Below are positions 53,860 through 64,000 of a stretch of 64,000 bases of DNA, piece after piece; within the stretch, counting starts at the first letter, position 1, and each line of letters starts with the position of its first letter. The position numbers and the translations under genes were made by a program. Source of the stretch: Camelus dromedarius (lineage: Eukaryota). The notes beneath the pieces were generated by a model, which saw only the letters and a program-made list of their open reading frames with translations, ran no database searches and had not been told where the DNA came from. The DNA is taken from NCBI RefSeq assembly GCF_036321535.1, contig NC_087436.1, forward strand, positions 102,488,001-102,552,000, written 5' to 3'.

Positions 53860-54990
53860 CACAGTTTTCTCTTGACTTCCATAAGATCACCTTATCCCTC
53901 TCTTCCACCTTACTTGTCATTCCTTCCCTGGCTGAATCTTTGTCATCTCTTTTCTGCTGCCCTCTTTAAATGATAGTGGCACTTCCTATAAAATATAATA
54001 TCTGGAGCCCTTCTGTCCATCTCTGGAGTTGCTTCCGGGGCAACCTAATCCCAGTGCATGTATTTAACAGCATCCAAATGCACATGCCTTGACTCTACAT
54101 CCCTATCAAGGTGCATTTCGAAGTTCACAATAATATATTCAAGAATAGTTCCTCCAAATGAATCACTAAACTCTCTCAAAATTTGCAATTTCATCTTGAT
54201 TTCTCCATATAGGTAAATAGCCCCCTTCTTTATGTAGCTGCTCAAGTAAGAAGAAGGGAATATGAGCATCCATTTCTTCCCATGTCTAAGGCCTGGATCA
54301 TAATCTTACATTTATTTCATTTCAGTCTCTCTTCTGTATTTATCCCAGTCTCTGTTCCAGGCTTATACATCACCTTACCTGGATACAGTAGCTTCCGAAC
54401 TGGTCTCTCTGAATTCATTCTTACCCTTTTCCAACTGTCTCACTTATGCTGAGTGCTTCTTCATAAATGTACGTCTGTCACACGTCTGTCTTACAATCCT
54501 TTCTTGAGCTCCAGTGATTTTCAGAAACAAACTTTTCATCAACTTCCCAAACTTATCATCAAGACTTAATGTAATCAAACTCCTGAATTCTCTTCAAAGC
54601 CACTGAATCAGACAGAACATATTAGTCCTCTTCTAAATGTATTCAGAACCTTCATTTTTTAACGCCTTTGTTCACATTATTCTTGTGCTTGAAATATCCT
54701 CTTTCTTCTCCTCTTTGGACACATCTACTTTTTCACTGAGAAGCAGCTGCAACAGCATTTCCTCCTGGGAACATGTGTCCACTTCCACGAAGGCTACTCC
54801 CAGGCCTTCCTTCTCCGTCCTTCTCTAAGTGTCATCATAGCACACCAAGATCCATTATAATCATTGGCTGTCTTCTGCTCCTTCATACAAGACTGTGATT
54901 TCTGAAAAGTAAAAATCTTTATCTATCTCTAGATGTTATTCATTTTTAAAAGTGCTTGATATAAAATAAGCCCTTGCCATGTTTGTGGAT
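53860..54990 (+). mobile_element. L2 3' region
   Basis: Pyrimidine-rich sense L2 text (cttccgaactggtctctctg..gcctttgttcacattattc..agactgtga). Confidence 0.65.
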
Positions 54991-56449
54991 CTAAGATTCA
55001 TGACAATATGTTTGGCAAAAGAGATATATTTCCATTGTTAAGTTTATTCAACGAGGGTTTAGAATTCTTACATGGCATTTATAAGATCAAACAATATGTT
55101 GCAGAATTTTGATTCAAATTCTTGTATTCTATATCTTAGTCTGGTAAATCTGGCATTTTTAATCATTCTTTTTCTCTGAAAATTGTAATTTTTGGAGTAG
55201 TTTCTTTTGTATTTGTGTATGTGTGTGTTTGTGTTATTATTGACACTTATGGTGGCCTTCTAAATCAATGTCACTCCTAACTGATATAACAAGGCCAAAT
55301 CATCTAAAGATCTGATGCTTTACTTTGAATTACAAAGTTTAGTCACTTGCATATATTCTATTTAATACTACAAAGAAGTATGGCTATCAACCAACCTTTC
55401 TTTTGAAAATTTGAATATAAGTTTTCATACAGAATATGGAGTTAGTTTAGCTACCAAATTTAAAACAATATTTTCTAACTATATCTTGTCATTTCACCAA
55501 AAAAGAAAAAATCAGTCTGACTCAGCACCCCTGCTAAGCTAGAAGAGAAACTTGTCATTTCAAAGCACTTTCAATTCTTCAAAGAATAGGCTGACAATGG
55601 TAAAAGCTTAATAACTATATCAAAGTTTATTTCTAAACTTTCTTTCTTTTACAAAGTTATTTTCAATGCATGCAGGCTTTTACTGAAAATGAAACCCACT
55701 AAAAACACATACAGATTTATTAATGGAAGCTTCTTTTCTAACCATACAGCTTTCATTTGGATGATGTTTATTCCATTGGTAAAATCTATTTACGTAAACA
55801 TTATCTGTATAAACTACAGCAAAGGGAAATTTTGACAGTTTCAAATCATCATCATAAAGTAATCAATGATTCCCTTATGTGGTTTTACAAGTTACCCAAA
55901 AGTTAAAAATTAAAAAGGAAATCTAAAATTGATTACGTAATTTTAGTAGCAGTAAAAGGATTGTACATTTTACCATGGCGGTATTTTTTTATAAATAACA
56001 ACCACTTACATATGTGTCTCTTTGTAAAATATGGCCTCATTTTTTACACCTATTCTTCATGTATAATAAACTTGACTTTATTCTGAGCATTTAAAAGATA
56101 CATCTTGTTATAGAAATCAGTTAATTTTTCACACAAATATCTATTTTTCTTCTCTGAACATGAATAAACTACCTAGCCCATCCTCCTCAACAGGAGAGAT
56201 CAAGGAGCTGTGTTCTGCCACATGTTACAAGTGCAGATTTCTAGCACAATGATCTGTTCTTATCCCCCCTCTGCTCTGCAGAAAACCCAGGGGAAGACTT
56301 TAAGGCCAAAGGAGAGGTTCCATCACATCCAACCTCTGAAGTCTCTTAATCATTGGCTACAAAACAGCTGTCTTGGAGGACTGCCAATATATGCTGGACT
56401 AGAAGTTAAGACAGTATTGTGCTAAAACCATGGACAAAGTATGATTGTT

Positions 56450-58055
56450 TGCTGTATTATTTAATATATTTTGACTAATACAGAAGTAGGCTACCAATGT
56501 GACCTACAACTAAATTAAAGCATGTACTAAATCACATAGTCAAAATCACCCACAATGATGTGGATGTCAGACCATGTGTCCATTGAAGCTCTCGGGGCAA
56601 AGGATAGAAAGCAGAAGTTTAGACTGTGTGTTGGCTTTATGGGTATGTATCACACAATATAATTAGATGGAGATGAGTTCATATAGGAACTGGCCAGTTG
56701 AAAAACATAAATGAAAGTGAGTAGCAAATGACTAGAAACATGGGGCCTTGCGGGGCTAGAAACGCTGATTGCTTTTAGACTCAAGCAGTAAGAGATAAGA
56801 CTGAGGATGGTTCTGAGTGGCAAAGAACTTATTAAGATTCAGCCGTGGATCAAAGATCAGATTAAGGATGTGCCCATTCAGACCTATCCTAGATAACATC
56901 CAGATAGCCTCCAGATATATCCGATAACTTCAAGACAACTCCTTTAGGTTATGGAAGATGGGTGCCATGATGATAAACAATAAATCAGTCTTGAACATTA
57001 AGTCTAGAGGGAAAAAGAAAAACACTTCAAGTCTGATGATTGACACACTGAACTGATTAGGAACAATTAATTCCAACACATACCAAGTTTTTTGTTAATT
57101 GTGGTCTAAAGAACCAAGGCCATGCCTAAAAAGCACTTGTTTACTTGAAAGGCAATTGCAGGGGCCATGAATTTGCTCCAGCAGTAAGTTCTCTGTCAAT
57201 GCAGTGCAATACCATCAGAAAATTTACTTTACGGGGCTTGCTTCTGATGCAGCCAAATAGAGTAATACATAAGGGTAAAGCCAGAGGTCATGAAGAGCAA
57301 GGAACACAGTGCCTAGCAGAGAGTAGCATCAGTGTTTCATTGAAAAGGCTGTCATCCCCACGCCCAGCAGGATTCCAGTATCACTGTGGATTAGTATTCT
57401 CCTCTGTGTTCCCCTTTCTTTCTTTTTTTCAAACTAGAGTTTGAAGTCATTACATAATGAGTTCCTTGTTAGGGAGTGGGTGGAAGAACTAAAATAATTT
57501 GTCTTTTTAGTCTATATCATGCCAAACCACAAAGAGCAATGTGTGAATAATCCCCATAAAACCTTACACTTAGAAATGGCTATAATCACTCAATGAGATC
57601 CTTCTTAAATTTTTTTTTCCTGTGCCAACTACTGTCTGTTGATACCTTGCAAACTTCTGTGCTTTTCTTACTTTGTCTCTGTGCAATAGAGGCAACGCTC
57701 TTGCAAATTATATTTCTCAGCTTTCCTTGCCAGAGAGATCTGGTTTAGATTCCACGAGTGATAAGAGACACTTTCATGAGAAAGAAAGCTGTGTAGGAAG
57801 ACAGCACACATGAATTTTGAGCAGCTTTTGAGTTGGCATATAGAGACTACTGGTGCTATGATCAAATGCAATCATGACAGTGGCTACTTCAAATCAGAAA
57901 CTTTCTGCATTTGCCAAAGTCAGCAGCAATTATCCCTGACATTTGTGCTTCAGCTTTTTAATTGTTTTAAACATATGTTTCCCTGTATGAAGTCATTTCT
58001 TCTTTTATAAACTCTGGAGAGATTTCAATTTCCTGATCAGCCCTGATTGACACAT
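56450..58055 (+). mobile_element. Decayed MaLR/ERVL internal sequence followed by an LTR33/LTR41-like LTR (~57635-58055)
   Basis: gcaaattatatttctcagctttccttgcc, and 3' end ttcctgatcagccctgattgacaca; the internal assignment is tentative. Confidence 0.45.
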
Positions 58056-61000
58056 CTCTTGGGTAAAAGATGTCTGCTATATTTGTGCAAGAGGTGGGAA
58101 GCAGACATTTTATGTCAGGAAAGGTGGGATGTGGCAGACTCTGGCTAATTGCTCACCAGATGATTCTCCTTTTACTCTTAAGCACAGAGCTAATCTACCT
58201 TTCCCAGTCACCCTTGGAATCACGTGACTGCTTCCTGGCTGATGTGGTGTAGTGGCCAAATGTCAAATATCCACTGGAGAACGGTAAAATTCCAAGGGTA
58301 CAGTAAAGCCAATGAGCAAAAAAAGCCTGAGTTTGGGTCACTGCTTGAAGGACAGACATGCATCCATGTGTTAAACTCTGTGTTAAACTCTTCATGAGTA
58401 AAAAATAAACTTTTACTATTTAATTCCACTTATTTTATTGTTGTTGTTACAAAAGTTAATCTATCATGATTCATACACAGTTATTTTGTATGAATTTAGA
58501 GTTAGTGCTGGAATAGAAAATATGACACACGATGGCTGTCATCACTGTGGAGTGCACACTTCTTTACCTGTGAGCATTTTAATGGGTAGATGTTCAGTGA
58601 TTTTTTTTTTTAACAAAATCTTGCCATAAAGTTGGAAGTGTGGGAGGAGGAGTAGAAAAGTAGCAATGACTTGAAGACACTGAGCCCTTTCTTCTCCCAG
58701 TCAAGATCCAAAAATGAACAGACGGAGAGACAAGACATTGCTACAAACCTCAGATTTCAATGTCTCAGATCAATTTTATTTCCCATTTTCTTACAAGGAT
58801 TGGGGCTCTTTCCTCTTCAGTCTTCCTGCTCAAATTCATACCACCCTTACCGGTTTTGTCATATTCAGGAAACAATAATGCAGTGGAAACAAGAGATTTG
58901 GACTCAGTAGATCTGGGGATCTGGGTATAAACACAGCCCTACTAACTATGTGTTTTATTACCATCAGCAAACTTTTATTAGTAAGGATTTCCAGCTTGCA
59001 CTTTCTGCTATGTAAAATAGGGCTGACAGTATACATTTAGAGTGTTTCTGAAAGATTGAAGTTCAAATGAGTCAACCTCTGTCTAAAATGAACAGAAAAC
59101 ATAAATAACTCAGAGAATGATATTTTGTTTCCCTCTCATTACTATCCTGCTTCTACTGCTTTTTCTTTACACACAGGTTAGCAAGTAGATATAGATATAT
59201 ATATCACATGCATTAGATATATGGCCTCAGATATGTTATTTAATGATAGAATCTTCAAATATAAAATAAGGATAATAATTCTTACCTTGTGGAATTGTTG
59301 TGAACATTAAAACTAAATGGAATAATAATGAATACTAATCGAAAACTAATGAAAATATCAATTCTTAATTTTGTTGTTAATTAAAACGTTTGAGAGGAGA
59401 GGCAATGTCTTATTGTTCTCATTGTTATGCCTAGCACAGTGTTAGACTACAAAATAAGAATTTAATAAATGATTGAATTGATGTAAATTGACTGATTCTG
59501 AACCAACCTGCTTTGCTAAGACTTTTGCCTGTTTTTCTGTTCCTGTGTTCATATATCTTGACATTTATCTTACTTCAAGTCATACTTTCCAAACTACGAA
59601 AATAATTTTGTTAATTTCCCAACCCAGCAATTTCCAGAATGCATTGCATACTTGACAGTTCTACAAGATGGTCTACGAAAAAAACTAAGCCTGTGGTCAA
59701 TTAAGTTTAGCAGGGCCTAGGTAGGCTATTTCACTCCCGGAGATTGATGATGTGCCTGAAGATATGACGGGCTTTGTAAGCTCTAGTAACTAAGACATGT
59801 TTTAGTTTTCCTTGACTCAGTGTTCTCAAACACATAAGACAGGTGAAATGTTCCCATCCTCATATCACCACCTGCCTTCACACTTCCCATCTCAGTCGCA
59901 AAGCACTTATTTGCAAATGTTCAGAGCTAATGCAATATGGAGATGCAGCCCTAGACTAAACCTGGGTGAGTCTCCTTCCTGTGGGATTATCTCTCTTCCT
60001 GGTCATGTCACAGTTTTTTAAATGACCTGCCCATCTGCCTATGCTGTATTCACTAGATGTGAGCACTGTGTATAGTTTTCCAGCAATGAAGAGTAATCCT
60101 ACCACTTTTGTCTTTCCATATCAAGGAATATGATGCCTCTACCTAAGGTCAACTGACAGACTTTGGCTATAACTGGGCATATATTTACTCAAGAGTGTCA
60201 TTCTTCAGTATTTTATCTCAGTCTCAACGTCTCTGCCCTCTGGTCTTTGGGATGGGCGTCTCACTGGATTGTGGTACTGTGTTTCTCTTTGGGTCCTTCT
60301 ATAGAACTATTCTTTTTGGTCTGTTGTAGAACTAATCTAATCTCACTTACTTAGCTCACCTTCCCTGAGATCCTAGACTTAACCTGGTTAAACTTCTCAG
60401 ATCCTGGATTCTAATTTATATTATGCAACTAAAACCATCCCACCTATCCCTCCATTTCTTGCTTTTATTTCATTTTTAAAATTTCTCCCATTTGCTTGCA
60501 ATGCCCTATTTTAGAAGAATTTACAACAAAAGAATTTTTACTTTTATGTTGTCAAGTCTGTCTTTTTTTTAAATTAATTCTAACTTTTATCTAATTGCTT
60601 TCGAAGTTCTCTGCTAGCACTTTTTGTAATGTAGGTCCATAGCTTAGGAAAATATCTTGGGCTAATCACTGTATGAAAAGTACATACACATCTTTTTTTT
60701 TTTTTAAAGGAAATAGACATATATCTATAAAACTAAGATTTAGCTTTTTAATAGTTGATCATATAAAATTTAGAATAAATGAATAAAAGTAATTAATTAA
60801 TTAATATGGGTATTTCAATATTAGAAAAGTTACTGTGGCTAGTGTAGTTCTCCCATTTACTGAGTTTATATGCATAAATCTCTGTATACCATCTAGTGTA
60901 AATCCCAAAGACATTACAGCTTAGCAGGGGCTCCATTCTCCTGGAGAGCACTTTATTTTCAATTTAACAAAGAAAAAGTGAATAGCTGCTCTCCTTAGCT

Positions 61001-62869
61001 CTTTTAGCTGAAAAATTTGCAGAATCTGAATTAATTTTAATTAGCTCATGTAGAATGTATTTTAGAACTTTCAGCCTCACATCTAAGATCTAGTCACTTA
61101 AGTTACCTTTGTGATCTGATACCCTGTGTTCCTGGCGTACATCCTGCTACAGGTTTGTTCTACTTCTGATTTGCTGCTTGTGACTCTAGTTAATTATGAG
61201 GACTATAGTCCACCATAAACATTGTCCTGCTTCCCTCTTCCTGATCCAGAGGGATTGAACTTTGCTGAACAGCAACAATCATTGTCTAGGATATTGCTAT
61301 GTATATATATATATATTAGAATGACCCTCTCTTTCTCAATGCTACTATGTTTCTTGCCACGTGTACCCATCGGTTACCACGTACTGAATCTAGGTTGAAT
61401 TCCTTTAGTCTATTGTTTTACCCAATCATGTGTTTTCTGTGAGCCCTGGATTATCCTATGGACAGTCAGATACTTCTTAAGAAATAGTTTCTATGAATTG
61501 CTCATTTTTCCTCTCCTCCCTCCTCATCCCCAGATATTTCTGAATTCTTCCTACTTTTTCCACCATATTACTGAACTCTTAACATACAATAAATGAGCAA
61601 TCATCAAACTATCAAAAAGAGTTCTTATATAAAATTACTTATTCTGAAACCCAGATATCCCTTCTTTTCCTTTAATTGATTCATAATATGTAAATGAAAT
61701 TATAAATTCAGTGTATATTCTTACATTTATTCAGCATAAACTTACTGATTGCTTGCTATGTGCCAACCCTAGAGATTCAGCAGTGAAACAACACAGAAAA
61801 TCTCCCTATTGTTACGGACCACTGAGCCTTTGCTGCCATTGGGAGAAAATAACTCATATATCCATCTCTACATTTTAATATACGTCAGTAAAGTTTTTTA
61901 AATTCTAGAGAATTTACGAGCCACATGCACAATGACAAAGATTGACTCCCATTCATTGAATTACTGAATTAGGCCCTTGGAAAGTATTAATTGAATTGTG
62001 CCCTGAAGCAGCAGCTGAGTTCCAGGGTATGCAGGGAGCCAAAGCAAACTGTAATTCCCAAACTCTATTCAGGTTGTCCTTTATCCAGTACTAAATCAAA
62101 AAGGAGTTTGCTAGTATTTTTGTCAACCATCTCCATTCAGAGACTTGACAGCTTAATTGTGACACAGGATATTCTAAATCTTTCTTTTTGCATTTGCTTA
62201 ATAAAATGCTCCCCTGCCACTTGAATTGCCCTTAGCCCTTTCTATGTTGGTGTATCCAAAACCACACTTTGCTCAGGTTACGGTTTAAAGCTCACAGTAT
62301 GTTCAGTCCTTCTCAAGTCTTTATTCTCTAGACAATACTGAGATTTTCCCCATGTAAATATTTTTCTAGCCCATACTTCCTATATCTCACATATTTGCTG
62401 TGTGGTTCTAATTTTTGTATACACAATTAGATTGTTAGTTTTACAATGAGAAATAAAGTAGATATATTTAGTACTTGGTACACTTTGAGTAAATACATCT
62501 TAATTTTACATGGTATTTTACTATTTGCAAAGTACTTTTTCATTTATTTGTAAAACAGCTGCATATAAACATTTGATCAATTATCACTTTAGTTAGTATT
62601 ATGGAGCATTACCCAGAGGCTTTTCCTACTTTCCCAATTTTCCAGCCATTATTAAAAATGTAAAAATTACCCCAAAACTTATATCAGGATATTTAAAGAA
62701 CTAAAAATATGTAATATGTATCAACAGAAATAGAAGTAATTTGAGCACTCCAGGCAAGGAGAGGTTAATATATTCATTCAACACATTTAGGCACTTGAGT
62801 TCACAAGATATTTTGCTTTACCCACATGCAAATACAAAAATGTGCACATTGTGATTCAAACTTCTCTTT

Positions 62870-63600
62870 TCCTTTGTTCATTAATTTAACAAATACACAG
62901 AAGGATGACTGTGTACCAGGCACCTTGCCAAAAATCAGGAATATGACCACAAATAGGAGTCATTTTCTGTGATTAATCTTATAGATTAAGCTTCATTAAG
63001 GCTTTATTTAGTGAAGAATACGACCAAGTAAAGGGGTAATATATGTGATGTGGTCTCATGGAGGAAGGGCAGTTTGATACAAATAGGAAGGACAAGAATC
63101 TGTTCTTTAGTAGGATAAGGAAGAGCTCAGAGCTAAAGTGATGTCCAAGCTAAAATACTAAGCTGAGATCTTAAATTTATGGAAGACATATTTTCCAGAG
63201 ATGATGAACTATTGATGGTGTATTTGAAGTAGAAGAAACAGCAATTCTAATGGTGAAAAAGTAAAAATATTCTGGAATGGCAAAATCATGTAAGTAAATT
63301 TTTTAGTAAGCCTAGATTACAGACTGGGAAGGGACAAATAACTAGACAGGTACACAAAGTACAAAATGCAAACGATTGAATTTGGACTTCATGACAGAGA
63401 AGATGGGGAGTGATTTAAGAGGAAATCTAAGAGGATTTTTTCCATTAATTTATGCAAAATATTTTGATACAATGAATTACAGTGAGGACATTCAAAGTAA
63501 AGACCAGTGTAAGGATTCATGAGATATGGAGGAGGCCTGATGGATTTATATTGATTATTTATTGAATTCAGGATATCAGCAAAAGAGTGAGAGTAATGGT
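62870..63600 (-). mobile_element. L2 3' region
   Basis: ttcattaatttaacaaatac..tgtgtaccaggcac..gaatttggactt..gatggggag. Confidence 0.65.
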
Positions 63601-63719
63601 TTATGCAGCTTAATTATGTTGATAATTCTGACCCATATACCATTCACTTAGAGTTCTGTGTCACTTTTTACGTGTGTGAATAGATCACTGTTTATTTATT
63701 CTCTCTCACACTGATGGAA

Positions 63720-64000
63720 AATTGGGTTATTTCCTGCTTTTTCCAAGAACAGTCTTGCCCATGTCTCCTCTTTTATATGCACGAATTGGAATATAACTTC
63801 TGTGTCCCGTTTTATGTGAAGTTTAATTTTAGGGGATGCTGTCAAACTGTTACTCAAAATGTTTGCAAACACTTCCACTCCGTCATCAATATAGGAGAGC
63901 CTGTGTTTGACAGTCTCTCCAATACTTGATATTACCACAATTTTTATTTTTTTAACCAATTTATTGTGTAGGATATGCATTATGATCTTGGTGTTTATTT
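63720..64000 (-). mobile_element. Old L1M ORF2 3' fragment
   Basis: tgtcaaactgttactcaaaatgtttgc..ctccaatacttgatatt..taaccaattt. Confidence 0.65.

Noticed and set aside
58367..58390. 12-bp tandem duplication tgtgttaaactc x2 (similar one near 5028-5051)
   Set aside because: Ordinary slippage duplications with no array or spacer structure; not CRISPR-like.

Overview
AT-rich, CpG-poor mammalian genomic DNA that looks intergenic or deep-intronic. I recognise no protein-coding gene, RNA gene, CpG island or CRISPR array. Most ORF-track entries are chance ORFs or decayed LINE/LTR frames. The window is a mosaic of old eutherian repeats (L2, MIR, MLT1/MaLR, an LTR16/HERV16-type ERVL provirus, LTR33-like, MER20, MER63, old L1M) plus younger L1 3' ends and an ERV1-type solo LTR that resemble cetartiodactyl families. 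I saw no Alu, B1/B2, SINEC, Bov-tA, CHR-2 or PRE-1 SINE, which suggests a camelid (inference). The best-supported unusual structures are: (1) a ~570-bp inversion at 1535-2106 that interleaves an L1 and an ERVL and is bounded by a 9-bp inverted duplication; (2) a twin-primed (5'-inverted) L1 at 43.3-44.7 kb; (3) a 91-nt orphan poly(A)-tailed insert with a 14-bp TSD at that L1's junction; (4) an RFX X-box/NRF1/CCAAT motif cluster at ~18.1 kb; (5) several isolated exon-like segments at 27.1 and 35.5-38.1 kb. I find no convincing evidence of a new biological system. Repeat family names come from recalled consensus similarity, and boundaries are approximate unless TSDs are given.
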